Program-made: the position numbers and the translations under genes
Assembly (NCBI GenBank): GCA_947454155.1
Contig: CANGIT010000013.1
Location: forward strand, 27,495 to 91,494
DNA: 64,000 nt
Source of the DNA: Chitinophagaceae bacterium
GTDB taxonomy: Bacteria; Bacteroidota; Bacteroidia; Chitinophagales; Chitinophagaceae
Direction: 5' to 3'
Shown: piece after piece, positions 10,333 through 20,302 of the stretch
Numbering within the stretch: position 1 is the stretch's first letter
Layout of the letters: each line of letters opens with the position of its first letter
The notes under the pieces: generated by a model
The model's database searches: none
What the model was told of the DNA's origin: nothing
Seen by the model: the letters and a program-made list of their open reading frames with translations, nothing else

Positions 10333-10491
10333 ATGAAAACGCAAACCGCTCATTATCAAACACATTCCTTAACAGGAGCTCTTACACAATGGATCCAAAA
10401 GATTTTTCAAAGTCCGGACTATTATCCCATTAAATATTATAAAAAAGGAAGTCGCTTCAGGAGACATCGTGATTTTACGATGATAAAATAA
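10333..10491 (+). CDS. Candidate small protein, 52 aa (MKTQTAHYQTHSLTGALTQWIQKIFQSPDYYPIKYYKKGSRFRRHRDFTMIK)
   Basis: Manual translation; below the ORF-track cutoff; lies in an otherwise empty 700-bp gap. Confidence 0.45.
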   Translation: MKTQTAHYQTHSLTGALTQWIQKIFQSPDYYPIKYYKKGSRFRRHRDFTMIK

Positions 10492-10597
10492 CGATACCTG
10501 CGGTGAATTTACTGATGACAAAATACAGCAAAAGCACTCTTGACTGGAGTTTTGAGCTACAGTAGCTTTGTATCAGCAAAACAAAAAATCCAATTTT

Positions 10598-10729
10598 ATG
10601 AAAAAGAATCAAACCCCTACCTTCTCAATGAACCAGATGGCAAAAATGGTAAAAACAGCTTTAAACAATTTGTTCTTTATCAATAACCAAAGGGAATTTG
10701 AAAGACTCAAGAATTTTATTGCTTCATAG
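10598..10729 (+). CDS. Candidate small protein, 43 aa (MKKNQTPTFSMNQMAKMVKTALNNLFFINNQREFERLKNFIAS)
   Basis: Manual translation; A-rich leader before ATG; followed by a + strand terminator. Confidence 0.55.
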   Translation: MKKNQTPTFSMNQMAKMVKTALNNLFFINNQREFERLKNFIAS

Positions 10730-10757
10730 TAGTAATAAAAATGAAACCACAAGATCG

Positions 10758-10785
10758 ATCCCCGGCTTACCCCCGGGGATTTTTT
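10758..10785 (+). terminator. Intrinsic terminator
   Basis: ATCCCCGG-cttaccc-CCGGGGAT then TTTTT on the + strand. Confidence 0.8.
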
Positions 10786-10786
10786 A

Positions 10787-13700
10787 TTAGCTGAAGAGGT
10801 ATTCCACGTCCGCCTTGCTGAGTGTTTTCACAAATCCGGCTTCATCCGAAATCAACTCTTTGGCCAATGTTCTTTTCTTTTCCTGGAGTTGCAAAATCTT
10901 ATCTTCTATGGTATCGATGCAAATCATCCGATAGGCAAAGATGTTTTTTGTTTGACCGATACGGTGTGTTCTGTCAATGGCCTGTTGTTCAACAGCGGGG
11001 TTCCACCAGGGATCTACAATGTAAACATAGTCGGCGGCCGTAAGATTCAAACCCACACCGCCCGCTTTCAGTGAAATCAGAAACACGCGGCAGTCATCAT
11101 TATTTTGAAAATTTTGAATTGCTTTTTCTCTGTCGGTGGCGGAAGTGCTACCATCGAAATATTCGAAAGGAATCTGTTGTTCTTTCAATTTGTCTTTGAT
11201 CAGCCCCAACATACCCAGGAATTGCGAGAACACCAGCGCTTTATGCTGGCCTATGTTTTCTGCGATTTCTCTGGCCAGCTCATCGAGCTTGATGGAATGG
11301 TTGGGGTATTTCTCTTCTTCATTCAAAATAGCCGGACTGTCACAAATTTGACGGAGTTTCATCAGTCCTTGCAAAATGGTGAGCTGCGATTTGTCGATAC
11401 CCTGCTGGTCGATAGCGCCAAGAATCTTATCTCTGTATACATTCCGGTATGCATCGTAAATGACCCTTTGTTCTTCTTCCATTTCACAAAAAAGGATGGT
11501 TTCCGTCTTTTGTGGAAGGTCTTTGGCCACTTGTTCTTTTGTACGACGCAGGATGAAAGGCAAAAGCAGTTTGCGCAAATGCTCTTTCTGTTCGGGCTCG
11601 CCAAACTTGTCTATCGGTGTGGCAAATTCATTCCGGAAAAACTCCATTGAACCCAATAGGCCGGGATTCAGAAAATTCATCTGTGCAAACACGTCAAACG
11701 TATTGTTCTGCAACGGAGTACCGCTCATGCATAAACGATTTTTTGCCGTGAGCAATGTTGCAGCTTTGGTTACTTTGGAAGACGGGTTTTTGATGGCCTG
11801 ACTTTCATCCAACACCACATAGTCGAAAAGGATTTTCAAAAACAGACTGATATCGCTGCGCAGGGTACCGTAAGTGGTAATGATGATGTTGTTTTTTTCC
11901 AGCTCTTCCTGGTTTCTTGTACGGATGTTTCCGTGATGTATATGATAGGTAAGGTCTGGCGTGAATTTCCTGACCTCGTTTTGCCAGTTATAAATCAGTG
12001 TTGTAGGACAAATCACAATGGCCTTCAGTTGCCCATTCGTTTGTTTGTAATGTTGCAGCATGGTGAGGGCCTGTACGGTTTTACCCAAACCCATGTCATC
12101 GGCCAGAATTCCACCCCATCCCACATCATTGAGATAGTTCAACCATTGGAAACCGGCAACCTGATAGGGTCGCAGGATTTCATTCAATTCACTGGAAACA
12201 GGAATTTCCGCTATGTTTTTAAACGCCCTTAATTTTTCAAACTTCTCGTCGAGGTTAAAACTGATTTCCTTCTCGTCTCTGTTTTCATACAACTCATCTA
12301 TCACACTCATGTGATAGCGCGAAAGTCGCAGTTTGTCGCTTTTCCCTTCACCCACCTTGAAAAGCAACGAATAACGCTTCAGCCATTCGTCGGGCAAGAT
12401 GCCGAGCGTGCCATCGCCCAACTGAACAAATGATTGTTTTACGGCCAGCGCGCGCTTAATATCGGCAATGCCTACACGCTGATCACCGAATTCGATTTCC
12501 ACTTTGGCATCAAACCAATCGAGTCCGCTGCTGACGTGAATATGTGTATTGGGACGAGCGGTGTTGAATTTGAAATTGCGCAATGCCTCAAAACCAAAAA
12601 CAGGAATTTTCTTTTCGCGCATGGCATCTACAAAAAGAAAAAACCAGTTGTTCTTCAGCACTTCAGACCCTTTGAGGGCAAGGCTTTGGGTATCATCCTG
12701 ACGAATGAACATCGAATGTAATAACTCCAACTGCTGAATAAAATCTTCTTCCGCATCTTTGTTGCGGTGGATGATGAGTAGGCTGTCGCCATCGGGCAAG
12801 GTTACTGTTTTTTGACCGGAAGGCTTGGTGTCAAAACCCTGATATCCGAATATGGGTTGAAAAAGTAAATAATCCCCTTTTTCAATCAGCTGTATTTTGG
12901 TTTCGGGCTGAATGCCTTTTATTTCCTTGATCAGGCTCTTGTCGAACTCCACCTGATATTCGCGGGTAAGAGGTAAAATCAACTCATGCAAGGTTTTATT
13001 CCAGTCTTCACGACCGAGTTTCACATTGCCTTGGCGAAGAAATTTTTCGGCCTGAATCACATCTTCGGTTTTCTCCCAACAATATAAACTGCCTTCATGC
13101 AAAAAAACCAGATGACTGTTGCATTCATTTTTTTCAAAGGGTAACAGCTGGTTACCTACCTTGATCATACAAATCAGTTCTAAATGGTCTTTAGCCGCCA
13201 CCACTTTAAAAACCGGCTTGATCAACTGATCGGAAAGTTCAATTTCATTTAAGTTTCCTGTAACGAATTTCTTTTTCTCATTTAATAAAAAGATGAAATA
13301 ATTACGTTGTTGCTCTTCAAAAATCTTCTTGATTTTAGGATGCAGATACTCTGCTATCAATGCTTTTGTTTCTTCGGGTAGTTCGTCTGATTCACTGTGA
13401 ACGATATTGTCCCAAAACCCGCTGAAGGGGGAGTTACGGCTCAAATATTTGTTGAGTTCTGCATCTTGTAATTTACGTACCTGCTGAAAAAGCAACTTGT
13501 CTTCTTCATCAAAAATTTCGGTATCTACGTATTTGGTAAGATCAATCGCTTCTGCTTTGCTGATGTACTTTTTATTTTCTTCATCGGCCTCACCTTGAAT
13601 GGCATCCATCTTAAAGCCCGGGTAAGATGGATTGTTGAAGTTGAAAACGACACCCAGTCTTTTGACAGGTCGAATATCCGGTTGTTCTTCTTTTACTTCG

Positions 13701-14548
13701 ACGGGCTGCCTTACAAGGGGCGTTGCCGGCATCTTATTGGGTACGATTGTGGATGGGGCCACTCTTTTGATCGTTGGATCGAGTACTTTCAAAAAAGGCT
13801 TTCCCTCTTTATAGGTGAATTCGAATTTGCCTTCGATATCATCATTAAGACTATAGCCGTAAATCTGTAAGAGTTTGTTTTTCTCCTTATCCCAATTGCG
13901 AATGCTTTCGAAATAATTAGGACCATATGCATTAAGCAGTTGCAAAAACAGCAGTGCCTTGTGTTCGCAAAGCGGATGGTCTGTTTCAGAGCAAGTGCAG
14001 GAGGTGTCAAAATTCCGTTCTTCGTTTTTGGCAATCACCAGCGGATAGGTTACGGCATTGATTTGAAGCTCTGCCTCCACACGTTCATCTTCTGCTTTCA
14101 AGATGATGGCCTTGTGTGTACGAAGAATTTTTTCGGCGTGATCATATATGGACGGAGAACAAAGCATCTTGATCATTTTAAGATCGATGTTCTTCATCTT
14201 GGCGATGGTATGATACTGATTAAATTGTATGGCACTGTTGCCCAAGAGATTTTTATCGGCCAGGTCCTGAAGCCTGAAAAGTGCGGCAGATTCATGACGA
14301 CAGATATCGCCCATGTTGTAGGGGCAGCTGCATCGCATCGTCATCAGTTTCTCGTCGGTATATTTTTGAATATATACTTTATAGAAAGTATTGTAAGTGT
14401 CATCTTTCACCCGAAACACAATGGTAGACATCAACTCATCGTGTTCTATCTTTTCAACAAATCCTGAATGATGAATTTTTTTACCTCTTCTGATCACCTC
14501 TTCGGTACCGTTGTTGTAAATATATTTTATGATATGCGATAGCGCCAA
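10787..14548 (-). CDS. SNF2-family helicase/ATPase with two SWIM zinc fingers
   Basis: CSCPY...CRH and CTC...CEH SWIM motifs; GILADDMGLGKT, LDESQ, QAIDRTHRIGQ. Confidence 0.92.
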   Translation of the reverse strand: MALSHIIKYIYNNGTEEVIRRGKKIHHSGFVEKIEHDELMSTIVFRVKDDTYNTFYKVYIQKYTDEKLMTMRCSCPYNMGDICRHESAALFRLQDLADKNLLGNSAIQFNQYHTIAKMKNIDLKMIKMLCSPSIYDHAEKILRTHKAIILKAEDERVEAELQINAVTYPLVIAKNEERNFDTSCTCSETDHPLCEHKALLFLQLLNAYGPNYFESIRNWDKEKNKLLQIYGYSLNDDIEGKFEFTYKEGKPFLKVLDPTIKRVAPSTIVPNKMPATPLVRQPVEVKEEQPDIRPVKRLGVVFNFNNPSYPGFKMDAIQGEADEENKKYISKAEAIDLTKYVDTEIFDEEDKLLFQQVRKLQDAELNKYLSRNSPFSGFWDNIVHSESDELPEETKALIAEYLHPKIKKIFEEQQRNYFIFLLNEKKKFVTGNLNEIELSDQLIKPVFKVVAAKDHLELICMIKVGNQLLPFEKNECNSHLVFLHEGSLYCWEKTEDVIQAEKFLRQGNVKLGREDWNKTLHELILPLTREYQVEFDKSLIKEIKGIQPETKIQLIEKGDYLLFQPIFGYQGFDTKPSGQKTVTLPDGDSLLIIHRNKDAEEDFIQQLELLHSMFIRQDDTQSLALKGSEVLKNNWFFLFVDAMREKKIPVFGFEALRNFKFNTARPNTHIHVSSGLDWFDAKVEIEFGDQRVGIADIKRALAVKQSFVQLGDGTLGILPDEWLKRYSLLFKVGEGKSDKLRLSRYHMSVIDELYENRDEKEISFNLDEKFEKLRAFKNIAEIPVSSELNEILRPYQVAGFQWLNYLNDVGWGGILADDMGLGKTVQALTMLQHYKQTNGQLKAIVICPTTLIYNWQNEVRKFTPDLTYHIHHGNIRTRNQEELEKNNIIITTYGTLRSDISLFLKILFDYVVLDESQAIKNPSSKVTKAATLLTAKNRLCMSGTPLQNNTFDVFAQMNFLNPGLLGSMEFFRNEFATPIDKFGEPEQKEHLRKLLLPFILRRTKEQVAKDLPQKTETILFCEMEEEQRVIYDAYRNVYRDKILGAIDQQGIDKSQLTILQGLMKLRQICDSPAILNEEEKYPNHSIKLDELAREIAENIGQHKALVFSQFLGMLGLIKDKLKEQQIPFEYFDGSTSATDREKAIQNFQNNDDCRVFLISLKAGGVGLNLTAADYVYIVDPWWNPAVEQQAIDRTHRIGQTKNIFAYRMICIDTIEDKILQLQEKKRTLAKELISDEAGFVKTLSKADVEYLFS

Positions 14549-14690
14549 TGAATAACTTTTTGGGATATTTTAAATTAATTTTCCTTCTTGCACCAGTTCG
14601 GATTGTACTGAAAAGGGCAATTTGCAAAAGTAAAGGAAAATAGCTGAGGATTGGAGATGATTGGAATAGATTGTGGAGAATTATCGCGTG

Positions 14691-15425
14691 TTACTTCTTG
14701 ATAAGTTTTCCTTGTTTGTACATCGGCAAAATGTTGGCTGTATTGGGGGTCATGCAATGTCTGATGTCTTTTTCCAGTCCAAAAGAAGTTAGCCTGAGGT
14801 AATGCGTGGCTTTCTTGTTTTTCATGTATTCATACAAATCCGACTGGGCTTCTTCGTATAATCCTTCGGCAAGCTTTGAAGCGTCACAATTGATGTCGAA
14901 ATGGTGGCCAATGCGGTGGATGACAGCCCCGGCAAAAACAGTGTCTTCAAAATTCACACGATCCTTCCAGGCCGCACAAGCCAGCAATACATTCTTTTTC
15001 TGACTGAGCAAATGGTCGCATACCGCATCCAGATTGGCAAAAGCCCCTGTGATGATTTCCTGCGCTCCATTGTTTAAAGCCATATGTAAAAGTTTGGTGC
15101 CGTTGGTAGTAGTGAGCACCAGGGTTTTTCCTGCAATAAATGAAGATGGATATTCAAAGGGTGAGTTGCCATGTTCCAGTCCTTCGGCCACTTTTCCATC
15201 CCGTTCTCCAGCTGTAATAGCCGATATCTGTTTTCCGATTCTTATACACTCTCTTACACTGTCTACGGGTATGATTTCCTTGGCACCATTGTGCAATGCG
15301 GTGGCAATGGTAGACGTGGCTCTCAATACGTCTATGATCACCACAACACTGTTGGTTACATCATACAAATTGAGTAATGCCGGTGAAAGAGCGGTAAACA
15401 GTACGGGTTTTTTTGTAGCAGACAT
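14691..15425 (-). CDS. comB: 2-phosphosulfolactate phosphatase family protein
   Basis: VVIIDVLRATSTI, GNSPFE, LVLTTTNGT, EDTVFAG. Confidence 0.88.
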   Translation of the reverse strand: MSATKKPVLFTALSPALLNLYDVTNSVVVIIDVLRATSTIATALHNGAKEIIPVDSVRECIRIGKQISAITAGERDGKVAEGLEHGNSPFEYPSSFIAGKTLVLTTTNGTKLLHMALNNGAQEIITGAFANLDAVCDHLLSQKKNVLLACAAWKDRVNFEDTVFAGAVIHRIGHHFDINCDASKLAEGLYEEAQSDLYEYMKNKKATHYLRLTSFGLEKDIRHCMTPNTANILPMYKQGKLIKK

Positions 15426-15448
15426 TTGAAAAACAGGAATTATTGGGA

Positions 15449-16534
15449 TTATTCAAAAGGGATTTTTACAATTTTAGCTTTCAGCGATTTGTCGCGCACC
15501 GTGATGTAAATCTCTGCACCTTGTGAAGCGTGCTTCACATCAACATATCCCATACCGATTGCCTTGCCCAAAATGGGCGATTGTGTTCCGGACGTCACTT
15601 TTCCGATAATGACGCCTTCGTTATTGCAAATTTCATAATCATGGCGAGCGATGCCTTTATCCGTCATTTCAAAACCAATGAGCTTTTTTTCTACACCTTC
15701 TGTTTTTTGTTTTTCAAAAATTGGTCTGGAAGAAAACTCTTTGGTGAATTTGGTGATCCAGCCGAGTCCGGCTTCTATGGGAGACGTGCTATCGTCGATA
15801 TCATTTCCGTATAAACAAAACCCCATTTCCAGCCTCAGGGTATCACGGGCACCCAAACCAATCGGCTTCAGACCTTTGGGTGAACCTTCAGCAAAAATAG
15901 CCTCCCAGATTTTATCGGCATTATCATTGATGTCTTCAAAATAAATCTCAACACCACCAGCTCCGGTATAGCCGGTGGCACTGATCAATACATTTTCTAT
16001 TCCGGCGAAAGTTCCTTTTACAAACGTGTAGTATTTCAGGTTCAGCAGATCCATGTCGGTAAGCGGCTGCAGAATTTGTGTGGCATTGGGTCCTTGAACA
16101 GCAAGCAAACCCGTTTTGGCGGAAATGTTATGCATTTCAACCTGATCGGTATTTCTTTCCGTAAACCAATTCCAGTCTTTATCAATATTTCCAGCATTCA
16201 CCACCAGCATATACGAGTTATTTTCCTCCAAGCAATACACCAATAAATCATCAACTATACCGCCCTTTTCATTGGGAATGCAGCTATACTGTATTTTTCC
16301 TTTTGTCAATTTGGCCGCATCGTTGGAAGTGAGACGCTGAATCAACGCAAGCGCATGTGGACCTTTGAGAATAAACTCACCCATGTGGCTCACATCAAAA
16401 ACACCGGCATTTTTTCTCACGGCAAGATGTTCGTCGTTAATGCCTGTATAGGAAATGGGCATGTTGTAGCCTGCGAATTCGGCCATCTTTGCACCCAGGG
16501 CAATGTGTTTTCCGGTGAAGGGGGTATTCTTCAT
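15449..16534 (-). CDS. gcvT: Glycine cleavage system aminomethyltransferase T
   Basis: [30 protein letters not shown]. Confidence 0.96.
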   Translation of the reverse strand: MKNTPFTGKHIALGAKMAEFAGYNMPISYTGINDEHLAVRKNAGVFDVSHMGEFILKGPHALALIQRLTSNDAAKLTKGKIQYSCIPNEKGGIVDDLLVYCLEENNSYMLVVNAGNIDKDWNWFTERNTDQVEMHNISAKTGLLAVQGPNATQILQPLTDMDLLNLKYYTFVKGTFAGIENVLISATGYTGAGGVEIYFEDINDNADKIWEAIFAEGSPKGLKPIGLGARDTLRLEMGFCLYGNDIDDSTSPIEAGLGWITKFTKEFSSRPIFEKQKTEGVEKKLIGFEMTDKGIARHDYEICNNEGVIIGKVTSGTQSPILGKAIGMGYVDVKHASQGAEIYITVRDKSLKAKIVKIPFE

Positions 16535-16625
16535 GCTGAAAATTTAGTCGGCAAAGTTAATTGAAAATCGGAGAACAGCTAGTTACAAAAAGAAGAAAGC
16601 CGGAATTTTCATCCGGCCCTCTTTT

Positions 16626-18578
16626 TCATTTTTGGTTTTGAGTAGCTGATTTCTTTTGAATCTCTTCCTCTATTTTTTGTTTCATCCTGATCAAAGAATC
16701 CAGCTCTTTATCCTTTTTTGATGGCTCCTTGTTTTCGTTTGTTTTATTTTTAATTCCACGTGCATATGTCAAACCTCCAGTAGTCATTTCTAAATCCTCA
16801 TCAGGAAGTTCATCATACATCACACCATCTACTTCCCAAATACTACTGATATGTTTCGATGAATGATATTTTTCAAGTCGAACCCGTTTGCCTTCCGGAA
16901 CACTTATCAAAACTGCAATCTGTTGATTTCTGAACTTAGTTTTGGGGGTGATATAAAAACCTTCTTCCAGACTGATGACACTGTCTTTTTGGGAGATGTT
17001 GTATTTGATCAGCGAGACGGTGGTGTCTGCCGCATTTCTTGTGCTTCCATGTGCTGAATATACAAAGCGAACATGGAAGGCGCTGTCGGTCGAGCGAAGG
17101 ATTTTGACTTTCACATTATTGATAAATATCGAATCCTTGAACATATCTACAGGTATTCCGAAAAACACTACACCTTCGTTTTCATCATCATCGCTATATG
17201 GACCCGGATTTATGTGAACAATCAGTTTATCATTTACCGGCTGAACAATCTGAATTTCTTTTTCATTTTTATCCCTGTGACTCATTGTTGAAAACTCTTT
17301 TCCTAACGTTGATATGAGTCCGAACAAACAAATCCAGCCCAACACCCAAAGGACAATGAATGAACCCGTCAGCCATTTGTTTTTGGATTTTATACCGGCT
17401 ACTTTTTTAATCAGCAAAACAATACTGGCAACAATGAAAAGCACAACAAAGAACAACAAGGTGCCAATCGCAAACATATTTTGCCAGAAGCCATTAAGTA
17501 AATAATCTTTTAAGGGAAACACGGTAATGGTTCCAAACAACAAACCCAAAAGTGCGACCAATAACCCCAAACCAATGGTGACTAATGTTGTATACACCAT
17601 AAGTTTGACAAAAAATATAATCACCTTTACCATTCCTCTTATCACTCTGGCAACAAAAGCTCCAAGCTCTGCAAAGAAACCATTTGATTTTTTTGTGGTT
17701 TCTTGTTTGATTTCTTCGCCTACTTTTTTCATGCGTTCGCCAACGCCTCTCATTTCTTCGTTGATCGTGTTCTTAATGGTATTCATATCAATTTTCTCGC
17801 CTTTCATCTGTAGTTTTTCAGATGTTGTAACCGCTTCCGGCAATATGATCCAACAAATGATGTAAGCGATAATGGCTCCCGGTAAGAAGCTGTTTTCGAT
17901 GTGGTCCCAGTGTCCCATTCGGCCAATCACGGTACCAATAAGTGGCAAGAGAAAAAGCACCCTTGGAATCCACACATCAATGCCAAAAAATTCACTCACT
18001 CCTGCACAAACACCGCCAATCAACTTATGCTCAACATCGCGATAGAGTTTTTTTCTTACCGCACCAATCTGTCCTTTTGAGGAATGCGGAACTACAATCC
18101 ACAAAACGATATATGGGATAAGTCCGAATCCGAATGAAAAGAACATCACTACAAAGAATAGACGAACAATGGTAACATCAACATTGAAATAATCGGCAAG
18201 TCCGGCGCACACCCCTCCGATGATTTTTTGTTGTTCGTTTCGTGATAATTTTTTCCCGCCGCCTGTTGTTTTTTCTCCGGTTGATTTTTTTTCCTGATCC
18301 GATGCCTCTTCTTCTCTGAGGTCAAATTCCTCCGGACGACCCATGCTTGTGATTACCGCATTCACATCAATATCGGTTATACAAACCGCACCGGCTTTCA
18401 GCCTCTCCTCAAACAACTCTCCGATTCTGCTTTCTATGTCATTGATGATTTCTTCTTTTCCGATTTCTGCGGAAAAATATCGATGCAGACTTTCTATATA
18501 ATCCTTCAGCAATTCATAAGCCGTCTGCTCAATCGGAACAATACGACCATGGTAATTAATGTTTATAACCTGTTTCAT
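16626..18578 (-). CDS. PspC domain-containing membrane protein (two PspC repeats)
   Basis: Two IGGVCAG repeats, multiple TM helices, C-terminal exported domain. Confidence 0.88.
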   Translation of the reverse strand: MKQVININYHGRIVPIEQTAYELLKDYIESLHRYFSAEIGKEEIINDIESRIGELFEERLKAGAVCITDIDVNAVITSMGRPEEFDLREEEASDQEKKSTGEKTTGGGKKLSRNEQQKIIGGVCAGLADYFNVDVTIVRLFFVVMFFSFGFGLIPYIVLWIVVPHSSKGQIGAVRKKLYRDVEHKLIGGVCAGVSEFFGIDVWIPRVLFLLPLIGTVIGRMGHWDHIENSFLPGAIIAYIICWIILPEAVTTSEKLQMKGEKIDMNTIKNTINEEMRGVGERMKKVGEEIKQETTKKSNGFFAELGAFVARVIRGMVKVIIFFVKLMVYTTLVTIGLGLLVALLGLLFGTITVFPLKDYLLNGFWQNMFAIGTLLFFVVLFIVASIVLLIKKVAGIKSKNKWLTGSFIVLWVLGWICLFGLISTLGKEFSTMSHRDKNEKEIQIVQPVNDKLIVHINPGPYSDDDENEGVVFFGIPVDMFKDSIFINNVKVKILRSTDSAFHVRFVYSAHGSTRNAADTTVSLIKYNISQKDSVISLEEGFYITPKTKFRNQQIAVLISVPEGKRVRLEKYHSSKHISSIWEVDGVMYDELPDEDLEMTTGGLTYARGIKNKTNENKEPSKKDKELDSLIRMKQKIEEEIQKKSATQNQK

Positions 18579-18617
18579 AATTGATACTTTTATTTATGTT
18601 GATAACCCGGTTGCTTT

Positions 18618-18947
18618 TTATGGTTGTTGTGTGATGGCGTTGACAGAATGTGCAATCTCCTTCCAGGTGGTTTCCAGCTCCTTGTAAAAAGCCGCGCCCG
18701 ATTCAGTCAAACTGAAATACTTTCTTGGCGGACCGCTGCTGCTTTCCACCCAACGGTAATTTAGCAACCCTGCATTTTTCAAACGGGTCAACAAGGGATA
18801 AAGCGTCCCTTCAAAAATATTCATGCCGGCCGCTTTCATTTTTTCAATGATATCCGAAGGATAAACCTCCCCTTGCATGATGATCGAAAGGATGCAGAAT
18901 TCGAGGATTCCTTTTCGCATCTGGCTGGCCGTGTTGTCTATATTCAT
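18618..18947 (-). CDS. PadR-family transcriptional regulator
   Basis: QMRKGILEFCIL, EGTLYPLLTRL, GPPRKYFSLT. Confidence 0.93.
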   Translation of the reverse strand: MNIDNTASQMRKGILEFCILSIIMQGEVYPSDIIEKMKAAGMNIFEGTLYPLLTRLKNAGLLNYRWVESSSGPPRKYFSLTESGAAFYKELETTWKEIAHSVNAITQQP

Positions 18948-18966
18948 CTATTTCTTTTTTACCATA

Positions 18967-19007
18967 CAAAGCTAATAACAAACAAGGTACTATGCAATAC
19001 ATAATAC
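18967..19007 (-). promoter_or_regulatory. padR promoter (-7 TAGCTTTG) with overlapping inverted-repeat operator
   Basis: Minus strand TAGCTTTG at 18967-18974; GTACTATG-N5-CATAATAC imperfect inverted repeat at 18987-19007. Confidence 0.55.
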
Positions 19008-19154
19008 TATATATTTTTACATTTTTTATTTAAGCATTTTTATGTTGTTGATTTTCATTGTTTTTTAATTTTCTTTGTGACATTCATCATTAACCTTTAC
19101 TTTCAAGTTGATAGAATTGTACCGATGGGTATTTATTTTTTTAAATCATTGAAG

Positions 19155-20297
19155 ATGAAGCGCATTTTTTTAATCTTGACAGTTATTGGATGTTTCTCCA
19201 CCTCTTGTGGAAGTAAGAAAGGGTATTTAGACAGAAATGATGCCGACAAATCATTGCAGGAAGCAGTAAAAAAGCTGAATAAAAATGGGGATGACCAGGA
19301 TGCCAAAGACGCCATTCCGGTTTTATATAAAAACATTAAGACCAAACACCTGGACAACATCAACGCATACGGTTATACACAACAACTCAATAAATGGGAC
19401 AAGATCATTGATGATTATGAGTATTTACAGGCGACTTATGATGCCATCATCAACTCACCCGCCGCATTTCGGCTGGTAACTCCGGAAAGCTACAGTACTC
19501 AACTGGTGTTGGTCAAAGATTCTGCGGCCGAAGCGTATTATGCCTTGGGAAATAATTACATCGATAAAACAGGGCGCGATAATGCAAAGCAAGCCTATCT
19601 GAATTTCAAAAAAGCCACCAAATATGTAGCGGGCTATAAAGATGCCAATGACAAAATGCAACAGGCCTATCAAAATGCCATGGTCAACGTGGTGATCAAT
19701 CCTGTTCAGGAAAACACTTATTTTTCGCAGCCGGGATGGAGTGGGTTCGGGCGTAATTACAGCAATGAATATTTTCAGCAAAACTTACTTCGCGACCTTT
19801 CTTATAGCAATCGCTATGCGGCCAAGTTTTTCAATCAAAGAGAAGCAAGGGCGCTGGATGTAAAAGCAGATTGGATTGTAGATTTCAGGCTTCGGAACCT
19901 CGATGTACCACCACCCGTAAATAGTTACAGTCAGCGTAGCGTTAGTAAGCAAATTCAAATAGGAACCGATACTGCAGGTCGTCCTGTTTATAAAACAGTG
20001 AATGCCAATATCAATACCACCAGAGAAAATTTTACGGCAAGAGCAGATATGGAAATGTCGGTAACGGAGTGGAGTAGCCGTAAAAGCATTGCTTTTCAAA
20101 CTTATACCGAGTATTACAAATGGCAACAGGAAACTGCTACATTTTCAGGCGACCAGCGTGCGCTTTCAACAAACGATTGGAACATCATCAATAATACAAA
20201 CAACAATATTCCCAATAAAGAGCAGATTCTCACCGAACTGTACCGTAAGATTTATCCGCGTGTGCTGGTCGGCATCAGAAATGCGGTGGACTGGTAA
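19155..20297 (+). CDS. Hypothetical lipoprotein with TPR-like helices
   Basis: Likely start ATG 19155, MKRIFLILTVIGCFSTSC lipobox; helical AYYALG/AYLNFKKA repeats. Confidence 0.75.
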   Translation: MKRIFLILTVIGCFSTSCGSKKGYLDRNDADKSLQEAVKKLNKNGDDQDAKDAIPVLYKNIKTKHLDNINAYGYTQQLNKWDKIIDDYEYLQATYDAIINSPAAFRLVTPESYSTQLVLVKDSAAEAYYALGNNYIDKTGRDNAKQAYLNFKKATKYVAGYKDANDKMQQAYQNAMVNVVINPVQENTYFSQPGWSGFGRNYSNEYFQQNLLRDLSYSNRYAAKFFNQREARALDVKADWIVDFRLRNLDVPPPVNSYSQRSVSKQIQIGTDTAGRPVYKTVNANINTTRENFTARADMEMSVTEWSSRKSIAFQTYTEYYKWQQETATFSGDQRALSTNDWNIINNTNNNIPNKEQILTELYRKIYPRVLVGIRNAVDW

Positions 20298-20302
20298 TCT
20301 CA

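Noticed and set aside
14645-14685. Short GATTGGA-like repeats between comB and the SNF2 gene
   Set aside because: Only about three degenerate copies in 40 bp; too weak to call, though it resembles the 61.3-kb tract.
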